A stretch of DNA of 63,191 nucleotides, from NCBI GenBank assembly GCA_943357915.1, contig CALRGQ010000002.1:1-63191 (forward strand), written 5' to 3'. The notes under the pieces are model-generated. The model saw only the letters and a program-made list of their open reading frames with translations, did not search any database and was not told the DNA's origin. The first letter of the stretch is position 1, and each line of letters starts with the position of its first letter. Positions 17,283 through 26,274 of this stretch are shown one piece after another. The stretch comes from Candidatus Peribacteria bacterium. GTDB taxonomy: Bacteria; Patescibacteriota; Gracilibacteria; Peribacterales; Peribacteraceae. Both the position numbers and the translations under genes were made by a program.

Positions 17283-19115
17283 ATGACTCCTCGCACCACT
17301 GCAGACATCCGTAAAGCATACCTCGACTTCTACGCATCAAAAGGCCATGCGATCATTCCTGGTGCCAGTCTCGTACCCGAAAATGACCCGACGGTGCTCT
17401 TTACGACTGCTGGTATGCATCCGCTCGTCCCCTATCTCATGGGCCAAGCACACCCAATGGGGAAGACTGTCTGCAATGTGCAATTATGCGTACGAACACA
17501 GGACATCGACGAAGTTGGTGACGCGTCACACCTCACGATGTTTGAAATGCTCGGCCGCTGGAGTATGGGTGATTATTTCAAAGAAGGCGCCATCACGATG
17601 AGTTATGAATTTATGACCAGTGTTCTTGGGATCCCGAAGGAGAAATTTGCAGTGACCTGTTTCGAAGGCGATAGCGATGCGCCGCGTGACGATGAATCAG
17701 CTGCAATCTGGAAAAAAGTTGGCGTACCTGAAGAGCGCGTCGGTTTTCTGCCCAAAGCCAAAAACTGGTGGGGGCCAGCTGGCCAGACTGGGCCATGTGG
17801 TCCGGATACCGAGATGTTCTACTGGGTCGGCCCCACTACGCCTGATGGGCTTCGCGGGGTAGACAGCAAACCACAGGGTAACCCAGCGACGCATGACGCC
17901 GAGTGGCTGGAGATCGGTAACGACGTGTTAATCCAGTACGACAAGCAGGCGGACGGATCTTTCGCGCCTCTCAAACAGAAAAACCTCGATGAAGGCCTAG
18001 GGCTCGAGCGCTTAGCATGTGTGCTGCAAGGAGTAGGAAGCGTCTATGACACGGACGCTTTCAGGCCGATGCTGGAAGCAGTATTTGCGAAAACCAAAAA
18101 ATCCGAGGCCGACGCAACGCGTGACGCACGCATCATTGTCGATCACTTCAAGGCTGCAAGCTTTATCATTGCTGATGGCGTCCGACCTGGAAACGTTGAC
18201 CAAGGGTATGTCCTCCGTCGTCTCATCCGCCGTGCTATCCGTTCGGCTCGCAAACTGGAGATCCAAGAACTCGGCGGATTCTCCGCATATATGGCATCGG
18301 TCGTCCGCGCACAGTACGGAGATTTTTACACGCAGCTGGAAACCAAAAAAAGTGTGATCGAAGAGACGTTGAACCGCGAGGAAGAAGCGTTTATGAAGAC
18401 ACTCGCAGAAGGAACCAAGCATTTCCAAAAGATTGCTGAGAAGAGCAGCACACAGATCGCCGGCATCGATGCGTTTCACCTGTATGACACGTACGGCTTC
18501 CCGATTGAGATGACCAAAGAAATGGCTGCAGAAAGCGGCAAAACGATAGACGAAGCGGGATTCACGAAGGCATTTGAGGAGCACCAAGCTCTGTCCCGCG
18601 CCGGAGCCGAAAAGAAGTTTGCAGGAGGACTTGCTGACCATGGCGGCGAGACGACCAAGCTGCACACTGCCACTCATCTCTTGAACGCTGCACTCAAAAA
18701 AGTTTTAGGCGATCATGTGAATCAAAAAGGCAGCAACATCACAGCCGAGCGTTTGCGATTCGACTTTAACCATCCAGACAAGATGACACCGGAACAGATC
18801 AAGAAAGTTGAAGACCTGGTGAATGACGCCATCAAAGCCGATGCACCGATCAGCTACTCAGTCATGACCGTCGATGAAGCAAAAGCTGCCGGAGCAATCG
18901 GAGTTTTTGGTGATAAGTATGGCGACAAAGTGAAAGTCTATACGATGGGTTCGTTCAGCAAAGAGATCTGCGGCGGACCGCATGTAGCTAAGACCGGCAT
19001 GCTTGGAAGTTTTAAGATTCAGAAAGAGGAATCTAGTTCATCTGGGGTTCGGAGAATTAAGGCTGTGGTGAGCGGAGGACCGAAGGAGGTGGAGGTGGCT
19101 GTGGAAGCAGCGTAA
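17283..19115 (+). CDS. alaS: Alanine--tRNA ligase, compact 610-aa form
   Basis: N-terminus IRKAYLDFYASKGHAIIPGASLVPENDPTVLFTTAGMHP. Editing-domain motifs HTATHLL and CGGPHV. No C-Ala/DHHA1-like tail. Confidence 0.95.
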   Translation: MTPRTTADIRKAYLDFYASKGHAIIPGASLVPENDPTVLFTTAGMHPLVPYLMGQAHPMGKTVCNVQLCVRTQDIDEVGDASHLTMFEMLGRWSMGDYFKEGAITMSYEFMTSVLGIPKEKFAVTCFEGDSDAPRDDESAAIWKKVGVPEERVGFLPKAKNWWGPAGQTGPCGPDTEMFYWVGPTTPDGLRGVDSKPQGNPATHDAEWLEIGNDVLIQYDKQADGSFAPLKQKNLDEGLGLERLACVLQGVGSVYDTDAFRPMLEAVFAKTKKSEADATRDARIIVDHFKAASFIIADGVRPGNVDQGYVLRRLIRRAIRSARKLEIQELGGFSAYMASVVRAQYGDFYTQLETKKSVIEETLNREEEAFMKTLAEGTKHFQKIAEKSSTQIAGIDAFHLYDTYGFPIEMTKEMAAESGKTIDEAGFTKAFEEHQALSRAGAEKKFAGGLADHGGETTKLHTATHLLNAALKKVLGDHVNQKGSNITAERLRFDFNHPDKMTPEQIKKVEDLVNDAIKADAPISYSVMTVDEAKAAGAIGVFGDKYGDKVKVYTMGSFSKEICGGPHVAKTGMLGSFKIQKEESSSSGVRRIKAVVSGGPKEVEVAVEAA

Positions 19116-19214
19116 AGGACAATTGACATTTTGAGGGAAAGCATCACAATACTTGACCGGTTTTCCCTTTGGGAAAGCTGGAAAAGGTCTTTGGAAACAT
19201 TGCGATTGATTGAA

Positions 19215-19264
19215 GTGACATTGGCACATTGCTCACCCGAGAGTGGCCAACGTGCCAATGTCAC
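19215..19264. promoter_or_regulatory. Perfect 13-bp inverted repeat (gtgacattggcac / gtgccaatgtcac) with a 24-nt spacer
   Basis: Read directly in the alaS/isomerase intergenic region. No T-run follows, so it is not a typical terminator. Confidence 0.4.
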
Positions 19265-19457
19265 GAAAAGGAATATGCAGTTTTGATGGGAATGTTTCCT
19301 GTCATGCAAATTTCAAAATCACTTCCACACTTTAGAAAGGATCAGTGGAAAATGAAGAATCGAAGGATTTCACTCGAGAAAGTCCTCCGATTTTCTTGCA
19401 TTGGCAAAAAACATTTCTGATCAATTTACAAATTCTACGATGAAGGAATCCTAAATT

Positions 19458-20588
19458 ATGTCTTCTCAACTCGAGAATGGTCCGGGGCTATTTATAGCCC
19501 AACCATTCAGCCCATCCCGCCCGGGATGGGATTCACTCGAAGCCTGTTGTAGCACTGCTGGTGCCGCAGGCTATCGAGGAGGAATCCAGCTTCCGCTCTG
19601 GGACAAACGCCTAATCGACCTCGATTTGGCAGCCATGTCTGATGTTTACTGTCAAGAACTAAAAGGAAGAGCGGCCGAGGCAGGCTGTCCGATAACGTCA
19701 GTGGCGAACCACCTGAATACCAATTTGGTGGTAGTGTCACCGGCGTACGCGGCACAGCTTTCTCAGTTCGCGCCTGAAGAACTGCATTTTGCCTCCATCG
19801 ACAGGCTCCACGCCTGGGCCGATGAGCAGGTGCGCAAAACGGTGCTCGCAACGAGGAATCTGGGGTTCGACTGTGTGGCTGCTTTTAGCGGAGGGACAAT
19901 GTTCCCGTACGCCTACAAGTGGCCAGCTCAACCCAATGGTCTGCTGAAGAACGCGTTCCGTCATCTTGGGAAACGCTGGACTCCTCACTTCGACTTCGCA
20001 TCGGAAAACGGTGTAAAGTTCGCATTCGAAGAACATCCAGGGATGGATCTACTCTGTGCAGGCGCTACACGCTTGTTCCGGAGTGAGTACGTCAACGACC
20101 ATCCCGCTTGTTGCAAGAATCTGGACTTTTCGCACCGCGAATTGATGGGGATTCCAGCGGAACTAATGGAAAAGGAACTCGAGCAGGATGCCGATATCAT
20201 TATTATGTGGCATATCAAGGATGCGCGCTACGAACCGACGTCCGACTGGGGCGTTTACTGTTACCTGCCCTGGATTCAATGTCCGGGACAGTTCCGGTCA
20301 CTTAGTGACGGCAAGATTCCCTATCGCAAACTGATCGTTAAAGCCAGAAAGCTGGGGATCAATGTTCTTCTCGTGGTTGAATGGGAATGTTCTGTCAAAG
20401 GAATCGACCAAGGTATAGGTGAGGAAGGGGCTCCATACGTGGAAGCCTGTCTCGCAGATACCGAATTGCCAGCACTTACCGTTGCCCGTCCGCATTCCGA
20501 TGTATTTGATGCATTTGCGGCTGGTAACGCAGGCCGTCGCGTAATCGCCGAAATGCTGGGGATGCGTACAGTAGATGTAGTTTTGTAG
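19458..20588 (+). CDS. Xylose-isomerase-like TIM-barrel protein (sugar phosphate isomerase/epimerase family)
   Basis: Pattern FAFEEHPGMD ... NLDFSH ... MWHIKDA ... LLVVEWE matches the metal-ligand layout (E, D/H, H, E) of AP_endonuc_2/XI-like barrels. Recognised by eye only. Confidence 0.55.
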   Translation: MSSQLENGPGLFIAQPFSPSRPGWDSLEACCSTAGAAGYRGGIQLPLWDKRLIDLDLAAMSDVYCQELKGRAAEAGCPITSVANHLNTNLVVVSPAYAAQLSQFAPEELHFASIDRLHAWADEQVRKTVLATRNLGFDCVAAFSGGTMFPYAYKWPAQPNGLLKNAFRHLGKRWTPHFDFASENGVKFAFEEHPGMDLLCAGATRLFRSEYVNDHPACCKNLDFSHRELMGIPAELMEKELEQDADIIIMWHIKDARYEPTSDWGVYCYLPWIQCPGQFRSLSDGKIPYRKLIVKARKLGINVLLVVEWECSVKGIDQGIGEEGAPYVEACLADTELPALTVARPHSDVFDAFAAGNAGRRVIAEMLGMRTVDVVL

Positions 20589-20638
20589 TCATACCCAGAC
20601 TGCGAAAGCTGAAGACCAATCGCAATGTCAAAAAGACT

Positions 20639-20670
20639 CTCCCAGTATCTGCAAGGATGCTGGGAGTTTT
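20639..20670 (+). terminator. Rho-independent terminator
   Basis: ctcccagtatc-tgcaag-gatgctgggag forms an 11-bp stem (one G-U), followed by tttt. It lies 50 nt after the stop at 20588. Confidence 0.7.
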
Positions 20671-21299
20671 ATTGAGCCCTTCTGTAAGCCATAAAATCGA
20701 TATTTTTCGTTATGTATATTTTCGTACACAAAATGTATTCAAAACATCATGATCATAATACAGCGAGCCCTAACACTTGCGGATTTTTTAGGTTCGACTA
20801 CGATGCGATGAACCCTGAAGAAAAGAACGGGTTCAAAACAAACAATCCAAACAAAAGAGTCCTCAAACAAAACAAAAACAAATAGATGCCCCGGACGCGG
20901 GGCGCCACACAGATCCTTCACACCACCGCTCATCAGTAGAGAGAAAGATGCCTACACAGCAGTTCTGACTCGTTCCTCCTGGCCATTCATCTGCAATCCT
21001 TGCACAATTCTGGGTATAGCAACGCTTGGTTCTCTTGTGGTCATCTTTCTCTCTGCTCTGCAATGTCGTCCTGCCTATGCGGGATGCAACCCAACTACTC
21101 CCCAGTGTCACCCTTGGTTCCTAGAATCTTGTGGCTGACCGGTCCGGGGACTTCGTGAGGTCACGAGGAGAAATAAGAGACCAAAGCACAGCAGATAGCG
21201 TCCGAAAGGACACAAACAGTTCCTGCGCATCGGCAACGCCTCACGGCAATGACGAAACCCGCAGAAAACAAAAACAAAGGCCCCTCGCGGGTCTTTTTT

Positions 21300-21563
21300 T
21301 TAACGCTCGAGGTCTCTATACACATCCTTCCGGTGCGCAATGCGTAGAATCCTGACGATGCTTTTCTCCAGATGAACCTGATAAATGATCCTATAATCAC
21401 CACTGCGTAATGAGCGGTAGCCTTTGAGTTTCCCCGTTAAGCGTTTGCCATCCATAAAACGCGTACCGAGCCCATAAATGTCTTCTGCAATCTGTGTTCG
21501 TAATTCACGATCAAGAGCGCGAAGTACCCTGTCCGCTTTGGTTTCGATAATAATCTCAAACAT
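21300..21563 (-). CDS. RelE/ParE-family type II toxin
   Basis: 87 aa with the typical signature ...LKGYRSLRSGDYRIIYQVHLEKSIVRILRIAHRKDVY. Overlaps the upstream antitoxin gene by 8 nt. Confidence 0.8.
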   Translation of the reverse strand: MFEIIIETKADRVLRALDRELRTQIAEDIYGLGTRFMDGKRLTGKLKGYRSLRSGDYRIIYQVHLEKSIVRILRIAHRKDVYRDLER

Positions 21564-21846
21564 AGTCCTTCATGTTGAATGACGTGAATGACCCGTGCTT
21601 GTCTGCATCAAGAACATCATCAATAAACTGTGGCGTAAACGCTCCTTCGTCATCGCCGGTGCCTTGTGATGTCCGACCCAGACCTTTCCGTGTGCGGATG
21701 CCTTCAAAGAAACGACGAATCCATGTACTGACATCCTCACCAGATTCACGGGCGATTGCGATGACGTCATACTTCAGACGCTCATCGATCCTGATCGTCA
21801 GTGTTGACGCTTTCGATGTCTTTTTTGGGATGCGAGCAGATGGCAT
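21556..21846 (-). CDS. Antitoxin, probably ribbon-helix-helix (CopG-like)
   Basis: 96 aa. N-terminal STLTIRIDERLKYDVIAIARESGEDVSTWIRRFF fits a beta-strand/helix-helix RHH. The position and overlap with the toxin gene support the call. Confidence 0.65.
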   Translation of the reverse strand: MPSARIPKKTSKASTLTIRIDERLKYDVIAIARESGEDVSTWIRRFFEGIRTRKGLGRTSQGTGDDEGAFTPQFIDDVLDADKHGSFTSFNMKDYV

Positions 21847-21924
21847 GTCTGTATTGTACGTGCATTGTTAGTGCAAGGCAAGAACATGTCATGACTTTTT
21901 TAAAATGCAATACGTAAGAAATTA

Positions 21925-21933
21925 TGATATAAT
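21925..21933 (+). promoter_or_regulatory. Extended -10 box (TGaTATAAT) upstream of the 1109-aa ORF
   Basis: tgatataat lies 14 nt upstream of the ATG at 21948. No Shine-Dalgarno sequence in between. Confidence 0.4.
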
Positions 21934-21947
21934 ACAAAGATTTTTTC

Positions 21948-24900
21948 ATGATCAATACTCAAACATTTTCTGAGGCAGGATCTGATGCAAGCAATGCCCG
22001 CCTCACTGGCGAGCAGGAGTCAACTATTCATGATTTCTATCGAAGCCTTTTTACGAGAATATACGATGAACCCACTGCAGTTCCCTATCGGTGTATCGAG
22101 TTAGGATTTGAATCGATCAATCCTCCCTCGCAGAAGGAAAAAAAGGATAGTTTTACATTGATCAATCCCTCCGCGCAGATGGATGAAGCGACATGTAGAG
22201 AAATCGCGGTGATCTTTTGTCATGAACTGGTTGGAATTACGAAAGCAATGCATGAAAGTACAGGATCTTTGACGTCAAGAAAGACTCTGCAATTTTTATA
22301 CATGATCCGCAATACTTGCTTCAATCCTCAGTTCACCGATGTCACAGATTTTCTGAGCGACATCGAACTTCTCAAGTTCACTCGTGCATTCACGCAAATT
22401 CCCTGTGCACATCTCGGTATTGGAAAACATGTGACGACAAAAGTTATTGAACGTCTTGGCTCCATCAATCCCGCTGAAATTCCTGCACTTATTCAGGCAT
22501 TACATGCACTGCCACTCAGCGAACGCCTGGATCTTGCACAACTTTTTCCCAACTTGTTCCGAGACCTCGAACTACAGTCAACCGACGACCATGAAGCAAT
22601 GCAAATGCCAAAGAGTGCAAAAGCAGGAGATGAAACAAGGCAGCAGGCCATCAACGTGATGGCACGAGTTATGACCAAACTTCACCAAGGAGCGACGAGT
22701 GCACTGGAGGAACTCGCCCTTACGAATGCTCAAAATAACTCTCTACTGGAATTACAGGCAAAGGTACGACCGGAGGGACTCCAGAACCGCATCCATGAAC
22801 AAGCCATGCATGATGCCCAGACGACACATGAGCACCTTGCAAAGCATATGCACCTGAGCACAGTCGTTCAGAAAAATGAACGCATTGTGACCATCGGGAA
22901 TAATGCCGTCGGCATTATGGGCCCAACTGGAGTCATCCGCGACATCGAACTCTGTGAGCATATGAAACTAACAGAGGAGGCACCGTTCTCCGCAACGGTT
23001 TTGGAAGACGTACGTAATAGATTGCAACTGGGCATGACGAATGACTTATTCTTTGAGATGGTTGATGAAGAAATACTCAGTAGAATCAGTGCAGACACCA
23101 CCCGACAAGAATTTTGGGGGCACGTCTTTCCTGATCTGCAAGCAAACGAACTTTCAGAATGTCTTGAAGCAATAATGAATGAACGAATAGGGAGAACAAA
23201 CGGTGCCAGCATTCTTCTTGCCGAAGCCGAAACAAGTATTGCTACGCGTATCCAGAGCATGAATCGTTCTACGGATGCAATCTCAGTAATGATGGATGAA
23301 ATACGCCACGATCCTTTCCTTGGACAGTTTGACGTGTATCTGGAACGGTTTTATTTTTACCAAACAGTAGAAATACCAGAGTCTGTCCATGAGCATCAAT
23401 CCGAAAAAAAGAGAGGAATCCCGCATCAGGCAATGCAAGCAATTGACTGTCTGATTCTTTCTGCAGAACAGCAGATGAGGACAAGAACAAGAATATCAGA
23501 GACAATACCAAGTGAAGTCTCGGTACCAGAAAGATCTCCCATTCTTGAAAGGCTGAAAGAGATACGAGACCAAGCATACGCGGAAGACCGTACACACGCT
23601 ACGGCATTCCAGGCGCGTCGATCTGAGGAAAGTGCACAGTATCAGAAAACAATGCCACGTAATACTGCTGCAATACAAAGATTGAATCAGGAGTTGCAAA
23701 AGCAGAACGGAAGAGAACCTCTCAAGGCAGCTCTCGACGACCTACATAATACATACCTCACTACGCTGCCATCCGTCGATCTCCAGCCAACGGAGGAATT
23801 TCTGCGTGAGACGCGATTCTATCCCTTCGAAGCGTCTGATCAGGAAGAAGAAATAAAAACCTTTGCGCTGCTACATAGCCCGGAGATGCGTCGAACACTC
23901 GAAGAACAACTCGGAATCTCCTATGACGATATGTCACTGCAATCACTATTTCAACTAGGAAGATTTCTCCGAAACAAAAAACCGGCAGATTTCCTCGATA
24001 TGCGTATCGTCGTCAATGCACAGGGGCTACCGCCACATGGACCAGATGCAAAGAAGAATATGCTGACGTCATTCTTAGCATGTTCGGAAGATCTTGAACT
24101 CGGTGATACGGTTCTAAAGCTTGGAAAATTTGATTGGTCTGATGATCTTTTCGCTCTCTATGCGAATGCCGCAAAGAATGCGGAAACGAGTGCACGAGAA
24201 ATCCAAGCACTGTATGCGGAGGCGAACATCAAGACGGAGCTGACAGTTGGTGATATCTATCGGGAACTGATCCTAGGGTCGAATGAACTCTTGAAGAGAG
24301 CAGCCTCTGGAAAAGACATCGGAAGCATCCAAGTACAACTCTTCAGTGAGAGCGCGCAGATCAGGAATACGAATTACCTGCTACGACTTCTCTCCCCTGA
24401 GGACAGATCACAATTGAATCTGAATATGCTCGGAAGCACGCACATGCATGGATCAATACCAGTCTCAGAGCTAAAATCGAACCCCAGTTATACTGGCATT
24501 CTGAGGCAGGTGGTAGAGACCATTCGGAAAAATTTCCCAAAGGGAGACGATATCGATTTTACAGAACGTTACCTTTCGGATCCGAGCGCAGAATTCTTTT
24601 TCTCGACGTGCGGAGATCAGCTCCTAGCGTTCTTCGGAACAACTCTAATGCCGAACGGAGAGCGCTATCTGGACTGGTTTAATGCAAATGGAGACAGTGC
24701 GGTACGTGGCCTTGCCGAGGCGACGGTAACCACCGGTATCCAGAGTCTTCGGGATCACAAGGACGTCTATCTTGTAGCAAAGCCGCACGTCCGTTCTCAC
24801 GAGATTTTTAGCCGAATGGGCTTCGTTACCTACGGCATCACCGAACCGGACGAATACAAACACCGCTATATGCGTTGCAGACTCCTACAGGAGGAGGAGA

Positions 24901-25277
24901 GAGAACGGTACGTCGGAAAAAATCTGACGGCTGACGACAAGAAACAAATACCTGCAATCTGTATGGACGAGAATACGATGTACCCGCTCACCATACACGG
25001 AGAAGAAGTACAGGTATGTAAGGTTCACTTCAGCGCAGTGGATCACCATGACAATGTTCTGCCAGAAGATGAAAAAAATGGCTTCATATTGAGGGAAATA
25101 GCTGGTTGCTGTACCGACAACCAAACCGTTCTCACGGCATACCTGCGTGATCCCAACTTCACGAACGGCGATCAAGTGTATTACTGCTTGTTTGAGAGAA
25201 GCATTTTGGGAAGACAACAGTATGACTCACTCGCAAAGAGCGTGCACGATTTCCACCAATTGCACTCCGCAGCGTAA
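21948..25277 (+). CDS. 1109-aa orphan protein, mostly alpha-helical by composition, with a possible GNAT-like fold near the C-terminus
   Basis: Long uninterrupted ORF with no TM or signal peptide. The segment near aa 920-985, AVRGLAEATVTTGIQSL...VYLVAKPHVRSHEIFSRMGFVTYG, resembles GNAT motif A/B. Confidence 0.7.
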   Translation: MINTQTFSEAGSDASNARLTGEQESTIHDFYRSLFTRIYDEPTAVPYRCIELGFESINPPSQKEKKDSFTLINPSAQMDEATCREIAVIFCHELVGITKAMHESTGSLTSRKTLQFLYMIRNTCFNPQFTDVTDFLSDIELLKFTRAFTQIPCAHLGIGKHVTTKVIERLGSINPAEIPALIQALHALPLSERLDLAQLFPNLFRDLELQSTDDHEAMQMPKSAKAGDETRQQAINVMARVMTKLHQGATSALEELALTNAQNNSLLELQAKVRPEGLQNRIHEQAMHDAQTTHEHLAKHMHLSTVVQKNERIVTIGNNAVGIMGPTGVIRDIELCEHMKLTEEAPFSATVLEDVRNRLQLGMTNDLFFEMVDEEILSRISADTTRQEFWGHVFPDLQANELSECLEAIMNERIGRTNGASILLAEAETSIATRIQSMNRSTDAISVMMDEIRHDPFLGQFDVYLERFYFYQTVEIPESVHEHQSEKKRGIPHQAMQAIDCLILSAEQQMRTRTRISETIPSEVSVPERSPILERLKEIRDQAYAEDRTHATAFQARRSEESAQYQKTMPRNTAAIQRLNQELQKQNGREPLKAALDDLHNTYLTTLPSVDLQPTEEFLRETRFYPFEASDQEEEIKTFALLHSPEMRRTLEEQLGISYDDMSLQSLFQLGRFLRNKKPADFLDMRIVVNAQGLPPHGPDAKKNMLTSFLACSEDLELGDTVLKLGKFDWSDDLFALYANAAKNAETSAREIQALYAEANIKTELTVGDIYRELILGSNELLKRAASGKDIGSIQVQLFSESAQIRNTNYLLRLLSPEDRSQLNLNMLGSTHMHGSIPVSELKSNPSYTGILRQVVETIRKNFPKGDDIDFTERYLSDPSAEFFFSTCGDQLLAFFGTTLMPNGERYLDWFNANGDSAVRGLAEATVTTGIQSLRDHKDVYLVAKPHVRSHEIFSRMGFVTYGITEPDEYKHRYMRCRLLQEEERERYVGKNLTADDKKQIPAICMDENTMYPLTIHGEEVQVCKVHFSAVDHHDNVLPEDEKNGFILREIAGCCTDNQTVLTAYLRDPNFTNGDQVYYCLFERSILGRQQYDSLAKSVHDFHQLHSAA

Positions 25278-25283
25278 AAATCA

Positions 25284-26090
25284 TTACTTTTTCCTCAATT
25301 CATCCTGCCTCTTCGCTTCCGCCCAAGAGACATCGAAGATAGCTCTTTGCATGGTTGCAAGGCTTTGATTCTGCACAATGGTAGCGAAGAGAGCATTTCT
25401 CTCGAATGCCATCGAATAGATTTTGTCTTTGTAGATGAAAATCTCCGCCGCATCCAAAGGAAAAGTGTCCTCCTGGACCAGAAGTGTTGTGCGTAGACTT
25501 GAACGATCTTTTTTTTGAAGTACTCTTGCCTCCTTAGAATCAGGGGTGATCAGCCGTGAACGAACTTTCTTTGCGACTCTCTTCTCGATAAAACTGTCCA
25601 GAACCGAATTCATCTCAAAGTTTGCGGGAGAGTGCTCCAGAATTTGAACGTACGTCAGGACTTCATCGCCTTCATGTAGGTCGGCCAGAACCCGTTCATA
25701 CGCTTCCGCAATACCGTCAACCCCCTCGTAAAACTGGATCTTCGGCAGAGTCATCTCCGGATTCATCATGGCTTTTAGTGAACCGACGATACGATTCACT
25801 CTCTCCTTCTTCCGCAGCAATTCTTCCTCGCGTTTCTCTAGCAGAGAAAGGAGTCTCTCGGGAGGGAAGGGTGTGAAGTAGTACGTATTATTTTTCTCTT
25901 GTTTCATAAGGAGGCCTTTCTTCTGGAGCTGCTGGCACGTGTATTGCGCTGTGCTCTTCGTAAGCCCCGACCGCTGTCCGATGACAGACGCGGGGGAAGA
26001 ACCAATCTGGAGAAGTGTCAGGTAGATAGTTTGCTCGGTGGAACTGAGTCCGAGGTCTGTGAGCACGTCATGGATGTCTTCTGAAGGCAT
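25284..26090 (-). CDS. TrmB-family transcriptional regulator
   Basis: N-terminal winged HTH LGLSSTEQTIYLTLLQIGSSPASVIGQRSGLTKSTAQYTCQQLQKKGLL plus a TrmB-like C-terminal domain. ATG at 26090 preferred over the TTG at 26129. Confidence 0.75.
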   Translation of the reverse strand: MPSEDIHDVLTDLGLSSTEQTIYLTLLQIGSSPASVIGQRSGLTKSTAQYTCQQLQKKGLLMKQEKNNTYYFTPFPPERLLSLLEKREEELLRKKERVNRIVGSLKAMMNPEMTLPKIQFYEGVDGIAEAYERVLADLHEGDEVLTYVQILEHSPANFEMNSVLDSFIEKRVAKKVRSRLITPDSKEARVLQKKDRSSLRTTLLVQEDTFPLDAAEIFIYKDKIYSMAFERNALFATIVQNQSLATMQRAIFDVSWAEAKRQDELRKK

Positions 26091-26122
26091 AACAGTCAAT
26101 ATTGTAGCAAATATGCCCTCAA

Positions 26123-26140
26123 GTGACAACTCTTTGTCAC
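26123..26140. promoter_or_regulatory. Palindrome GTGACAA-N4-TTGTCAC, candidate operator in the divergent trmB/asparaginase-like promoter region
   Basis: Read directly. A third TTGTCAC half-site lies at 26205-26211. Confidence 0.35.
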
Positions 26141-26274
26141 CACTTAAATATGTTGTTTATAAGCCAGAAAATTGAGTTTCTAATTTCTAGAATACAATTG
26201 TGTATTGTCACTTATAAAATAAATTGAGATAATAGCAAGCCTCGACGTATCTACCACTTCCCCCATCCCAGATT

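Noticed and set aside
16492-17340. 282-aa minus-strand ORF (Ser/Ala-rich) overlapping the anti-sigma-like gene
   Set aside because: It is antisense to an ORF that has a clear TM segment, a recognisable motif and translational coupling to the sigma gene. Its composition is the low-complexity mirror of the Ala/Glu/Lys-rich sense frame.
18012-18677. 221-aa minus-strand ORF inside alaS
   Set aside because: It is antisense to an unambiguous AlaRS coding sequence and has no motifs.
20761-20905. Possible tmRNA: aggttcgac resembling the tmRNA 5' region, followed by an A/C-rich stretch ending in TAG
   Set aside because: There is no GGGG acceptor 5' end, no T-arm (GGTTCGAATCC-like) or CCA-proximal 3' half anywhere within 700 nt on either strand. 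The putative tag would end in charged residues rather than a hydrophobic tail.
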